A stretch of 64,000 nucleotides of DNA from Octopus vulgaris (GCA_951406725.2 OX597840.1:14818001-14882000); one strand, 5' to 3'; numbered from the stretch's first letter, positions 27,184 through 39,876 are shown. The notes: generated by a model from the letters alone, not told the origin. Numbers and translations are program-made.

Positions 27184-27710
27184 CATAGGAGTGGCTATGT
27201 GGTAAGTAGCTTGCTTACCAACCACATGGTAGTAGTAATTCAAGTAGTAGTAATTCAGTAGTAGTAATTCAGAAATTAAAGGAAAATTTTTAAATATTTA
27301 CCCTAATTTCTGAATTACTACTACTTGGTAGTTTGAGTCCTGGCTGCTCTTTCTAGTGGGTCGAATGGCCTATTAAGGCCATTCCTCAATTGTTGTTGAA
27401 TTTATATATATAGTCTTTGACTATTTTCTCTTTCTCACTAGACCGCTGGTGGCGATAAATTTCTATTGAATTTTTTGCTACCCTATATTGATTAATATAT
27501 ATATATAGATAGATAGATAGATACATACATACATACATACATACATATTATGGGCTTCTTTCAGTTTCTGTCTACTGAATACACACAAAGGCTTTGGTTG
27601 GTCTGAAGCTCTAGTAAAATAGACTTGCTCAAGGTGCCATGCAGTGGGACTGAACCTGGAACCATGTGGTTGGGAAGTAAACTTCTTACCACACAGCCAG
27701 GCCTGTACCT
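26935..27710 (-). mobile_element. SINE B split by a nested SINE head (27182-27230) and a fold-back element
   Basis: 3' half at 26935-27120 and 5' half at 27548-27710 flank the inserts. Confidence 0.7.
27229..27497 (+). mobile_element. PLE-like short element with 5' inverted repeat
   Basis: agtagtagtaattcagaaatta (27257-27278) pairs with taatttctgaattactactact (27304-27325); tail motif gaattttttgctaccc; ends in (TA)n. Confidence 0.55.
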
Positions 27711-29232
27711 GCAGTAATTACAATTTCACACCTGTGTGTGTGTTGGGGAACTATTTCTGAAATTCTGTTTTTGTTAATGTAATCTCTTGGGAGGATCAGC
27801 ATGATCATGTGTGAAAAAGTCTGGCCTTTTGAATTCCAAGAACCATCCACCTGATGAGTTCCTTCTGTCCCATTTGAGTCTCTCCACTTTGCTTACAAGA
27901 TTCAAGAAGGCAACTTTTCCAAGGTGCTACACCATGAAATCAAACTCATCACTCTGTGGTGGTTTTTAACAGTCTTCGCATTTCTGTTTTTTTTTTTTAA
28001 CTGGAAAGATTGAAAATGAAACTACAACAGGAATATATACATTTCCCAAAATTCTCCATTTGAGATTCTTATGTAAAAAGATGCATTAAATTAGTTGTGT
28101 GCATCAGCAGTTCAATGAACAAACAACTTTACCACAGATTCACAAACACTGGGAACTCTCTTAACCCAAAAAATCTTGTCTCTGTTCGTCTGATAACTGA
28201 AACAAGATAAGAAGTTTGTCAAATATATAAGTGTATTTTTCTTTTAATTCAATCACATAAATATATTTGGTTCACTTTAGAAATACACGATACAAACAAA
28301 ACATATTTATACACATTTCAAATACATTAAAAAAAAAACATACATATTTTTATGCTCTTTGAATACAAACAAAATATATCTAACCCTTCAAATGCATACA
28401 AAATATATTTATACATACAGGACTGAAACTGCAAATCTGCTCAGATTCTGATTTAAACAGAAATATTTGAAAAAAATTATTTTTTTGAAACATATTTTAA
28501 AAACGAAAATTCTTTTGCAGATTCTGCCACGGAAAACATAAAAATCCAAAGATAGTTTTTATAGTAAAGAAAAATAGAGAACAATTAAAAAAAAAGTTAG
28601 AAGAGTTTTTGAAAACACATCCATACATACACAAAAAGGTATCAAAACCATGACTTGGTCTTTCTATATTCAATTCACCAATAATGGTTTGGTTACTTAG
28701 CATACAGTTTTTTTCTTTTCTCTATGTCTTCTTCAATGTAAAGCAGAGATATCAGTGGTGGCTGCTAAGAATGATATGCATGAATTTTGGTAACTTCACT
28801 AACAAGAATGGAAAAGAATTTCTCTGGGAAATCACACCAAAATCTAAGCAGCAGAACTGATCAATAATACATACAGCTCTCAGTGTTTTAAAACTAAGGA
28901 AGCAAGCAAGCAATCATCTAGCTATTAGAATGGATTCTTTTCACATTTATTTTATTTATTTGTGAAGTTATTTTGGTAAAGCACCGTTGTGTGTGGGACA
29001 GACAGGGGGTGGTAGGAGGGGGCAGAATATTTATCTCTTTCTGTCTTATTTTTTTGTGCTGTTTTGCTTTTCCTTTTTTTCCATTCTGATTTCTTATTTT
29101 TGGTATTTGTCTTCTTTAATAGTTAACAATAATAATAATAATAATAACAATAATTTCTGTTATAGACACAATGCCTTGAATTTGGATGGAGGGCATATCA
29201 GCTCCAGTATTTGACTTGTACTTATTTTGTCG

Positions 29233-29278
<46 letters not shown>

Positions 29279-29399
29279 TGATATTAATATTCTCTTTATC
29301 AGTCACAAGAACTTGCATACAGAATGTCACATTCTGAATATTTTGTAATGCATAAATATGCATACATGCATACATACATACATATATACATACATGCAC

Positions 29400-29815
29400 A
29401 GAGGTATGGCTGTGTGGTAAGAAGCTTGCTTCCCAACCACATAGTTCTGGGTTCAGTCCCACAGCATGGCATCTTGGGAAAGTGTCTTCTACAACCTTGG
29501 GGCAAGCAAAGCCTTGTGAATGGATTTGGCAGATGGAACTGAAAGAAGCCTGTCATACATACATACATACATACATACATATACATATAGCTATGCATGT
29601 GTCTTTGTGTCTGTGTTTGTCCTCCCACCACCACTTGACAACCAGTGCTGGTATGCTTATGTTCCTTTAACTTAGCAGTTCAGCAAAAGAGACCAATAGA
29701 ATAAGTACCAGGCTTACAAGAAGTAAGTACTGAGGTTGATACATTTGACTAAATATTCTTCAAGGCAGTGCCCCAGCATGGCCACAGTCTAATTACTGAA
29801 ACAAGTAAAAGATAA
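29400..29815 (+). mobile_element. SINE family B
   Basis: Full-length match. Confidence 0.85.
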
Positions 29816-29833
29816 AGGCAAAAAATAAAAGAA

Positions 29834-29872
<39 letters not shown>

Positions 29873-29906
29873 CTTTCTATATGTACGTATGTACATATGT
29901 ATATAT

Positions 29907-30207
29907 CACGTGACCGACCAGGCTATCAAATGTTGCTACACATCGCTGGTCACAATGCATTTGCATTGTTTTAGCCTTCAAATGATGCCACCCCACTGGC
30001 TAAGCGAGCAGGCCAACATAAGAAAGAGTGAGAGAAAGTTGCGGCGAAAGAGTACAGCAGGGATCGCCACCACCCCCTGCCGGAGCCTTGTGGAGCTTTT
30101 AGATGTTTTCACTCAATAAACACACACAACGCCCAGTCTGGGAATCGAAACCGCAATCCTACGACCGCGAGTCCGCTGCCCTAACCACTGGGCCATTGTG
30201 CCTCCAC
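29907..30207 (-). mobile_element. SINE family C, well preserved
   Basis: Minus head tggaggcacaatggcccagtggttagggcagcggactcgcggtcgtaggattgcggtttcgattccc has tRNA-like A and B boxes. Confidence 0.85.
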
Positions 30208-30356
30208 ATCTGTATATATATATTTATATAATAGTGTATAAACAATTTAAGTATTCATACACAAAAGAGGTGACCTTTGACAGGACACCTTACATGCTAG
30301 AAAGAAAAGTCAAAGCCCAAACCTCGAATAAAAGCAATTTCAAAAGGAATGAAAAT

Positions 30357-30935
30357 ATATATACATAAATGTGTAATGGTGTCTGTCTGTGTGTCTGTGT
30401 TTGGGGTTACTGTAACTCCTTCCACACCATCCAACCGATTTTAAGGATTTTTGGTGCATAGGTAGATCACATGCCCTGACTTTCAAATAAGGCCAGAACT
30501 TTTTGAAAACTCGATAATGCTCTGCTGGCATTGATTTTTGTAAGCTTAATCGGGTGTTTGAATGGAAATTCCCTTAATGATGTAGTTTTTCCTTCAGCTT
30601 TTGCATCTTTTCACTCGTAAAATTTCAACAAAATCAATAGAATAGTCTCTAAGGAAATGCTTATTTACATTTGTGACCTCTGCACCATTGAACATGTCGT
30701 CAGCTGCAAAAACTCTGCTCCATCAACAAAACTCTGTTGCCTGCTTTTGCCTGCTCTGACCATTTTCTTCTCTGCATGCCACACATCTGCTCATCCTGCA
30801 ACAGCCTGCCGAACCAGATATAACATCTTAATGGGTAATAGTTGGCATGGAGAACATAGAAGATTTCAATACAAGGTCAGAGGTGGGCTTAACTTCAACA
30901 CGGAAAACACGAGCAATGCCGATTCCAGCAGCTAC
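30357..30935 (+). mobile_element. Non-autonomous Helitron, decayed
   Basis: 5' tatatatacataaa...tgtctgtctgtgtgtc...ccaaccgatttt; the 3' end cacgagcaatgccg...cagCTAC resembles the hairpin+CTAG end at 20172. Confidence 0.6.
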
Positions 30936-31090
30936 TAAACAATATTTTTGTAGTTACCCTCAGACTCAAGTTTCTGTATCAATGTGCAAATAAATTAATT
31001 TGCCATCCATACTTCCTCAGTGAGGTCACTAAAAATTCTATGTGTATGTATGTGTATATATATATGTATGTATATATATATGAATATATA

Positions 31091-31130
<40 letters not shown>

Positions 31131-31131
31131 C

Positions 31132-31540
31132 TCAAAAATAAGCAACAAGAATGAATCCGGTAATTTAGTACAATTGTTTCATACTACAAACATTTTATTA
31201 AAAGCTGTAAATATTACAGCAGATTTAATATGCTGAGTAATCTTTAGCTAATTTTATATAGGTTTTCCAATAATATAAAGTTCTCAGATCTTTATATTAT
31301 TGGAAAACCTATATAAAATTAGCTAAAGATTACTCAGCATATTAAATCTGCTGTGATATTTACAGCTTTTTATAAAATGTTTGTAGTATGAAACAATTGT
31401 ACTAAATTACCGGATTCATTCTTGATGCTTATTTTTGATTATAATCACCCAGCATATTTTTATGGGTAATACCATAAAAAAATTCTGGTGCATCTAAATT
31501 AAGTACCATATTCATTTGAGTCTAAATTGTTGCTGAACTT
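31132..31540 (+). mobile_element. PLE-like element with a 149-bp near-perfect fold-back and a hammerhead motif, in (TA)n
   Basis: 31132-31280 is the reverse complement of 31290-31438 (3 mismatches seen); ttag-CTAAAGA-...-GAAA-caattg-TA-ctaa at 31319-31405; tail homologous to 42010-42100. Confidence 0.85.
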
Positions 31541-31589
31541 ATATATATATATATATGTGTGTGTATATATATGTATATATATGTATATA

Positions 31590-31633
<44 letters not shown>

Positions 31634-31634
<1 letters not shown>

Positions 31635-31956
31635 GAAGGTGCGTGGCTTAGTGGTTAAGGCATTCGGCTCATGATCATAAGTTCATGAGTTCAGTTCCTG
31701 GTAGTGCGTTGTGTCCTTGAGCAAGACACTTTATTTCATGTTGCTCCAGTCCACTCTGCTGGCAAAAATGAGTTGTACCTGTATTTTCAAAGGGCCGGCC
31801 TTGTCAGACTCTGTGTCACACTGAATCTCTCCAAGAACTACATTAAGGGTACACGTGTCTGTGGATTGCTCAGCCACTTACATGTTAATTTCACGAGCAA
31901 GCTGTTCCGTTGATCGTATCAGCTGGGACCCTCATCGTTACAACCGACGGAGTGCT
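31634..31956 (+). mobile_element. SINE family D
   Basis: gaaggtgcgtggcttagtggttaaggcattcggctc...gagttcagttcc...tccttgagcaagacactt. Confidence 0.85.
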
Positions 31957-31987
31957 CCTTCAATATGTATATATATGTGTATGTATA

Positions 31988-33983
31988 CTAGCTGACGTAC
32001 CTGGTAATTCCTGGAAAATTTGGTCTTATCCCTTGGTTCCATTTTCATAATTGTTTCACTAATCCAATAACAGCAATACAAAGTATGTATCCCTTAAAAT
32101 GGATTTTGTGTATCTACAGAGAATACCAAAGTGTCTTAAACAGGATCTGGATTTTGCAATTCCCAATAAGTTATGAATACCTAAATTGTGAAGTCAGTTA
32201 TGTAATAACATGAAATTAGTGACCCGATAATAAGAATTCATATAAAGTAGTCCCAAAATGGGCTTAATGCATTCCCAGAGTATATAGATTCTCGAAGGAA
32301 ATACAAGAAGGTATGTATACAAAAATCGTGAAGCATGTTACATAATAACAGGCTAATTGGATATGAGATAATATTACCCTCAGGGGCACTAGTGTTGAAA
32401 TAGATTTACAATGAATGTAGAAATAGACTGACATTTAGTTTTACAGTAGACATACAAATAAATTTGCATATAGATTTTAAAATGAAATAATATGTAGATT
32501 ATCAATACATTTACAACACTTACAAATATTACAGCTAAAATATAAATACCTGATAATTTGGTGAACCTTATTAAGTTTGCAGAGCTTCTTGATAAACAAA
32601 ATTTCTGGTCTTTCCTTGTGGGGCATAAATAAACAAATGATTAGGATTGCCGACTCTTGAGCACCCCACATAAAGTTGGCCATGGGAGAAAACTGGTTAC
32701 GCAAGGTTCAGACCTTCCACATTCAAGGACTGCTCCTCTGGCACTAAGACTCACACAATCCATCGCTTTGGTACCCAGACTCTTGGACACCCCAGCACTC
32801 TAGTACTTACACTCTTAGACACTCCAGTGCTTTGGTACTCAGATTCTTGGACAGTCCAGCATTCTCAAACATGTCAGTACTTTGGTACTCAGACTTTCAA
32901 ATTGTCCAGCACTTTGGTAACTTGAACTCATAGACATTTCAGTACTTTGGTACTCAAACTCTTAATAACTCACTTTTTAAGGTTATCTCTGCAGATTTTC
33001 AATAGTAGTTATAGCCAGCACTGATTTATTAGTTCTGAATACATCTAATGTATTCAATTTATTACATCTGAATACATCTAATGTAAACAATGTGTTCGAA
33101 GATGGAAAAATAAGTAATAGGAATATATGCATATTTCAGGAATTATTGCTCCTTCTTCAGTATCACATCCAACCAATTAACCATCTATGAACTCACTGCA
33201 TAAATAGCCACAAAATTTAGTGGTGTAAAGTTACTGAATATACCATTTTTACATATTAAACATATTCCAGGGAGCTTCTACATAAATAATAATGACCTGT
33301 AGGAACACTGTATTTTGTTATGCAACTATAATATACTACAAATATATTAAACATTTTTTTTTAAAGTCAAAAGTGTGTTCTTCTGTTTTAGCAGTGCTAT
33401 TACATTACTTGTTAAGATTATATCTACAAATTTTCTATAAAAATTATAGCCAGCACTGATTTGAAGATAGAAAATAGGTAATAGGTGTATATGCATATTT
33501 CAGGAGTTGTTTCTCCTTTATCAGTACCACATCCAACCGATTAACCATCTATGAACTCATTGCTTTAATAGCTACTAAATATAGCGATGTAACACTATTG
33601 GAGGGATCAATTTTCTATATTAAACACATTCATGGCAGCTGGTATATACATATTAATTAGGGACATCATATATTGTTATGTAACCATAATATTCTACAAA
33701 GTATATAAAACCTTAAAACGTGATTTAATAGCACTGCTAACACAGTAGGACACAGTATTGACTTATAAAGTGTTTAATATACTTTATAGTATACAGAAGG
33801 GTCATATGGTGTGGGGGAGCTACAGCCCCCTATATAGGCAAGGGTCAAAATTTTCTCCCCTAGAACCTTCCACAAGTAATGAAAAAATTTCATGCCATAT
33901 TTGGTACAGATTGATCCAGTGGTTTGGCTGTGCATTGAGGAGACACATACACACAGACAGACATTACATTTTATATGTATAGA
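31988..33983 (-). mobile_element. ~2-kb non-autonomous Helitron with internal minisatellite and duplication
   Basis: Left end a|CTAGctgacgtacctggtaattcctgg; right end cacagacagacattacattttatatgtataGA|t; same end architecture as 20172 and 23660. Confidence 0.7.
32737..32968. repeat. Degenerate ~32-bp minisatellite, ~7 units
   Basis: Consensus about agcactttggtactcagactcttggacactcc. Confidence 0.85.
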
Positions 33984-34764
33984 TTATGGTTGCATTACAA
34001 AATATGGTGTCCTTATAAATACTTGATAACTCCTGCACTCTGATACTGAGAATCTTGGACATATTTTCCTTTGCGAATTACTGGTCCAACACAAAAGCTG
34101 AAAATTAAATTTCCATTCTCATGGTATTTGAAGTTAGACAAAACCTTAAGCCATCATGCGCAGTCGGCACTCTGGCACTTTGCCAGGGATATTTTCATTG
34201 GAGAACCACTTTCCCAACTCTTTCTTACTTCTCATCAAAAACCTGGAAATATAAATAAAACTTCAATAGCTGTGACATCTGAAGTCAGACGAAATCCAAA
34301 AATTCCTAATAATAATTCCAATAACTGTTTGTTTAGTTCTTTCAATGGAAATGAAAATTTAATATGAGTCAGTGGCAAAAAATAACTCTGCCGCAGAACC
34401 AAATTTAAATCGAAATTTAGGAGAAATTTTAGAAAAAGGAATTTTATAGAACAAGAATTGAGATTAAAATCTCTATGGAGTGGAACAGTTTTCAATTTTA
34501 TGGCAATTCTTTCTTTTTGCGTGTGTGCTTTTGTTTTAATCTAAAAATTTTGGAGATCATATTTGTGGGATTAAAAAAAAAATATTACTGTTGTTGTTGC
34601 TACATCTATTATAATTTGTTACAGAGGGTTGTGTGTATGTGTGTGGGGGTAGGTATTTGCATGTTCATATATGATTGTGTCTTTCTGCATGTGTGTGTGT
34701 ATGGTTATTTATCTACTTGGAGTGTATATATGTGCATCTGTTTTTCTGTATGTTTGTGGGTATT

Positions 34765-35200
34765 TAGGCAGGCAGGTAGGTAGGTAGCTGCGAGAGTGGC
34801 TATGTGTAGGTAGGTAACTCTGGATGGAGAAATTGGTAGGTAGGTAGCCAGCTAGCTACCTGGATAGATAGATAGACAGACAAGCAGATAGATAGGTTGG
34901 TAGGTAGGTAGGTAGGCAGGCAGGTAGATAGATAGACAGACAGACAGGTAGGTAGGTAGATAGGTAGGTAGGGAGGGAGGCAGGTAGGCAGATAGATAGA
35001 CAGACAGATAGATAGATAGCTTGATAGATAGACAGACAAATAGATAGATAGTTAGAGAGACAGATGAATAGATAGATTGATAGATAGACGGGCAGACAGA
35101 TAGATAGACAGACAGATAGATAGACAGACAGACAGATAGACAGCTAGATAGATAGATTGACAGACATACAGTTATACAGACAAACAGATGGATGACATAC
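34765..35200. repeat. Compound (TAGG)/(GATA)/(GACA)n tract
   Basis: Direct inspection. Confidence 0.9.
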
Positions 35201-35684
35201 AGACTAATTTTGTTTTGAATTTTGGCTGTTCCCAATACTTTGATGGTTATAAGTTAGTGTGTGTGGATGTGTGTGTGCATGTCTCTGTATGTCTCCACCT
35301 GCTAGTGTGTGTCTACCAATGTATATGTATGTATGTGTGTTATATGTATGCATATGTATGTGTGAATATGTATCTGTATGGATGTGTGTATATGTGTGTG
35401 CTTCTGTATATGTATGCATGTGTGTTTGTGACTGCATGTCTATTAGTATCTGCGTCTACATCTTCACCAGACAGGATGTTTACAATAATTAATGAATCAG
35501 CTTGCTCTTTGTCAACAGTGTTGTAAAAAACAAACAACTCAACGACAGAATAATGATGATGATGCTAATGATGATGGCGACTTCATTTATTTGCCACTAG
35601 GGCAAAGATGAGGAGGTCAATACAAAGACAGACATAAAGTGTGGGGGTTTATATAAAATGAAAAGAAGGAGGAGGAGGAGGAGG

Positions 35685-35985
35685 TCTGAACAACTACCAT
35701 GATTTGAAGTCGGAATTATGGACGTCATGGTCAATGAAAAGAGTAGACATGATGCCAATAGTAATTGGTGAACATGGAAGTATCAGCACTCAACTACCAA
35801 CATGGTTGAAAAAGATTGGTGCAAATGTAAAGGTAGAACACCTACAAAAACATCAACATGGCTTGGAACTGCAAGAATTCTTCATAGGGTTCTTGAAGCA
35901 TAACCAGAAAACAAGTGTCACCTTTGTCTGCTGGCTATGGACAGCTGATACTCTCCATCATACCCAACAAAATAAACTGAGAGCT
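35685..35985 (+). mobile_element. R4/Dong-like LINE 3' fragment
   Basis: WSMKRVDMMPIVIGEHGSISTQLPTWLKKIGANVKVEHLQK; nucleotide similarity to 12565-12815. Confidence 0.8.
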
Positions 35986-36165
35986 GTCTGTGTCTATCTT
36001 GATGTATATAGTATGATGATTGCCTTGATGGCCAAAAGTTCAAAGTCACTGTCAGTATTATTCTTCTTAAGGAATAATTAATTCAAACTCCACAAAACGT
36101 ATTGAGTGATCCTGGGATTTTAATGTAAAATTGTTTTTACTATCACATGAAGACGAACATTGATA

Positions 36166-36204
<39 letters not shown>

Positions 36205-36207
<3 letters not shown>

Positions 36208-36455
36208 AAAATTCTATAATTATGAGTATAATTATAATTAGGGTTCAGCAAAAATGTGCTTCACCACATGATGAAATAGTTAGTTCTAACTGCTATTTCT
36301 AAATTTTGGTATGTGGTGAAGCAAAGTTTTGCTGAACCCTAATTATAATTATACTCATAATTATAGAATTTTTGTATAAGTTTACCGATAATGGTTCTTG
36401 TAACATACCGAACTACTTGGTAAAATTATTAATTATTAATTAATTAATTTTACCC
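36205..36455 (+). mobile_element. Fold-back element (65-bp arms) plus unique tail, between (TA)n and (CTT)n
   Basis: 36205-36269 is the reverse complement of 36311-36375; same inverted-head plus tail layout as 31132 and 51271. Confidence 0.7.
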
Positions 36456-36680
36456 TTCTTCTTCTTCTTCTTCTTCTTCTTCTTCTTCTTCTTCTTCTTC
36501 TTCTTCTTCTTCTTCTTCTTCTTCTTCTTCTTCTTCTTCTTCTTCTTCTTCTTCTTCTTCTTCTTCTTCTTCTTCTTCTTCTTCTTCTTCTTCTTCTTCT
36601 TCTTCTTCTTCTTCTTCTTCTTCTTCTTCTTCTTCTTCTTCTTCTTCTTCTTCTTCTTCTCTTCTTCTTCTTCTTCTTCT
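36456..36680. repeat. (CTT)n/(GAA)n tract, ~75 units
   Basis: Direct inspection. Confidence 0.95.
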
Positions 36681-36703
36681 ATATATCTATATATATATAT
36701 CTA

Positions 36704-36745
<42 letters not shown>

Positions 36746-36810
36746 CTTGGCATGTACACACATACATATAAGGTGATGTAATGATTGTGTTGACATCAGG
36801 TCCTTATGTA

Positions 36811-36853
36811 GTACACCTGATAATGAGCCGAGGTTGAAATGATCATTGTGCTA
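36811..36853 (+). ncRNA. Decayed minimal hammerhead motif
   Basis: cac-CTGATAA-tgagccgaggtt-GAAA-tgatca-TT-gtg; palindromic stem III, consistent with CpG decay of cgatcg-TC. Confidence 0.45.
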
Positions 36854-37057
36854 ATTTTAGATAAAACGTATGAAACTCTAAACTTGTATTGTGCTGTGCT
36901 GAATGTGTAAGTTGTTATACAACACACACACACACACATAAATACATACATACATTCACAAATGCACATTTATGAATATGTGTGGCACAGAATGAAAAGA
37001 AATAATAATGAAGAACAGCATTATTTAAGTTCATGATCAGAATTCTTATTAACTTGT

Positions 37058-37110
<53 letters not shown>

Positions 37111-37115
37111 TAATA

Positions 37116-37668
37116 AATGCCCTGATGCAGTATCAAGCAGTGGCTCTCGTGGCTTCTGATCTTAACTGACTGGAAGTGTTATCATGTACATTGTTTTGTC
37201 TTGGTATAAAAGATGGGCTACAGCAAATATTCTGCTCAATACCACAGATTTGCTTGTCAGTTGTTTGACATAACCAGTTGACCATGTTCCTTAGTGGCTG
37301 ACGATGTATGCATCTCTGATCACGAGCAGAAGTAGTGGGGGCGCATCATAGCCATGTGTTGAGAGGAATTCTTAGAGGTTTGGACAATTCACCTTTGGAA
37401 ACATGGGTGGTTCGTTCAACATCCTTAATCAACCCTTATTCAGGGACCTTTTGAGTGGGATGGGCACCTCGACCAGAAGAAAATTCTGGGCTCCACCTGC
37501 AAGGTCATGTGCTGTTTATCTTGATATGAGATCACCATGTCGTGCACATATGGTTGTGATGCATGTGCCTGGTGCACCCTTATCAGACGGGTAGTGATGA
37601 TGGGTATACTGGGCTTCGTATATTTTACCCCAGTGTCACTTTGATGGCAGGCACTGCTCTCTCACTCA
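37116..37668 (+). mobile_element. Unclassified ~555-bp interspersed repeat (family E) inserted in (TAA)n
   Basis: Colinear reverse-complement copy at 44263-44785; no tRNA head, TIR or meaningful ORF. Confidence 0.85.
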
Positions 37669-37801
37669 GTGATAATAATAATAATAATAAGCAAGCTACT
37701 TACCACACAGCCACTCCTGCACCTATTGTTTATAATGGTCATCCTGCACTGATAAATAATACAAGATATGCCTGTCACTGAACACAGTTTTACACTTCTC
37801 A

Positions 37802-37892
37802 GTATTTCTGATGAAGTGATTTGTGTCAAAGGATTAAGTAGTGTTAATCTTAAGTAATCAATGAGTTATTGCCACTGAAACACCTGTAATAA
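37802..37892 (+). ncRNA. Hammerhead motif with intact core and weak stem I
   Basis: CTGATGA (37808)-agtga...ccact-GAAA (37877)-cacctg-TA; 26 nt after an ORF end ...PALINNTRYACH* resembling a PLE endonuclease C-terminus. Confidence 0.55.
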
Positions 37893-38070
37893 TGGATTAA
37901 ATGATTTCACATTTGGAATCATGTTTACTTGCCTCTCGAGATAGAGTCACACCATCAGAAAATATTCTGTTGTTATTTTTTAAAATGTTTTAAAATAATA
38001 ACTTTAAATTTTACTGTCATACCGTTTTCTCTTATTATGTACTTTTTGTGTATGTGTATTTGTATGTATT

Positions 38071-38228
38071 GGCGTAGGAGTGGCTGTGTAGTAAGTAGCT
38101 TGCTTACCAACCACATGGTTCCGGGTTCAGTCCCACTGCGTGGCACCTTGGGTGAGTGTCTTCTTCTATAGTCTCAGGCTGACCAAAGCCTTTTAAGTGG
38201 ATTTGATAGAGGGAAACTGAAAGAAGCC

Positions 38229-38292
<64 letters not shown>

Positions 38293-38495
38293 ATGTTTGT
38301 GTGTCTGTGTTTGTCTCCCCAACTTTGTTTGACAACTGATGCTGGTGTGCTTACGTCCTTGTAACTTAGTGGTTCGGCAAAAGAGAGCGATAGAATAAGT
38401 ACTAGGCTTATAAAGAATAAGTCCTGGGGTTGATTTGCTTGACTAAAGGCGGTGCTCCAGCATGGGCACAGTCAAATGACTGAAACAAGTAAAGG
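38071..38495 (+). mobile_element. SINE family B, well preserved
   Basis: ggcgtaggagtggctgtgtagtaagtagcttgcttacc...(TA)n(TG)n...gactgaaacaagtaaa. Confidence 0.9.
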
Positions 38496-38519
38496 AGTGT
38501 GTGTGTGTGTACATACATA

Positions 38520-38731
38520 TGAGAGGGTGGGAAAAAGTTCCTGGCTTTGGGTAAAAGAAAACACAGGAGAATTAATTATAATTTTATCCAACATATTCCC
38601 CTCTCAGATTCACACACTTATTGCAGCAGCCCTTCAATTTTTCTCAGCACTGTAAAAGAACTTGAAAGTTTGGGTCTCCAACCAGACCTTTTATGATACC
38701 CTTAAAACCAGGAACTTTTATCACCCCCTTG
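38520..38731. mobile_element. mariner-type MITE
   Basis: TIRs tgagagggtgggaaaaagttcctggcttt / aaaaccaggaacttttatcacccccttg in TA context. Confidence 0.7.
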
Positions 38732-38786
38732 TGCATACATACATGCATGCATACATACATATAATAACAGGTTGAATATATCATCA

Positions 38787-38845
38787 CCAGCTTTGATGAT
38801 ATGGGTGTATTCTACACCCACGAAACTTTAAGTTGTGTGGGAGCT
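38787..38845 (+). ncRNA. Hammerhead-like motif at a small inversion junction
   Basis: TTGATGA-ta-tgggtgta-ttc-tacaccca-c-GAAA-ctttaag-TT; preceded by atatcatca, the inverse of tgatgatat. Confidence 0.5.
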
Positions 38846-39592
38846 AAGTCAAACTTTATTACATCCATGAATCTCCAAGCAAATGTGTTAAAAGCTATTT
38901 TTTATTTGTTCACTCATTGTGTGTATGTATATGTGTGCATGTATGTGTATGTGTATGGGTGTGTATAAGCACACACATACACACACATACACACTAAAAT
39001 GTTTAGCTAGTCTATAAATCTTTGTGTGCATCTAAGAAATAAAGAAAAAAGAGATATGATGAGAGATGGTAAATGGTTGGATAAGAACAAGACTTGAAAG
39101 AATTGCTGAAGCGTTTGGCATTGAATGTTGAAATATATTCTAGAAGAACAGAAGAAAAATGGGAGAAAACGTTTCTTACTTTTATCAGATCAGATCTAAA
39201 AAGACAAGATCTAACCAGATCAAACCAGATCAGGTTACCTCTGACCAGTTCAGGTGTTATGTAAAATAATTCCTTTAACAATGCTTCTGTGTCTACGTTG
39301 AATCATATTTCATTGCTGGTTCCTGCTGTTGGAAACCAAACGAAGAAAGAATGAAGAAGGGAGCCAGGTGGTAGGGAGGGGTGTTAGTAACGGTTTCCGT
39401 TTGCCAAATTTAATATGTTCTTGCTTTAGAGAATGGTCATCGCAAGTGAAACCCCCATTTGCCACAAGACATTTTAATCTCTTTGTACCGCTTCCTCTCT
39501 CCTCCCTGTTTTTGTTTTCTGCTCTCGTCTTTTCCTTTTAAATTTCTTTCAGCATCTTTGCACTCATATATATATATGTGTGTATATATATA

Positions 39593-39669
<77 letters not shown>

Positions 39670-39818
39670 TAGATACACACACACATATATATATATACAT
39701 GCACACACACACATATATAGATACATATACACACGCACACATATATACATACAAACATTTATCTATATACACACACACAAACACATTCATATATATATAA
39801 TATATAAGTATAGATACA

Positions 39819-39876
<58 letters not shown>

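Noticed and set aside
30130-30207. tRNA gene
   Set aside because: tRNA-derived SINE head continuous with a SINE body; no complete acceptor stem
32737-32968. CRISPR-like periodicity
   Set aside because: Contiguous degenerate units without unique spacers; no cas genes; eukaryotic context
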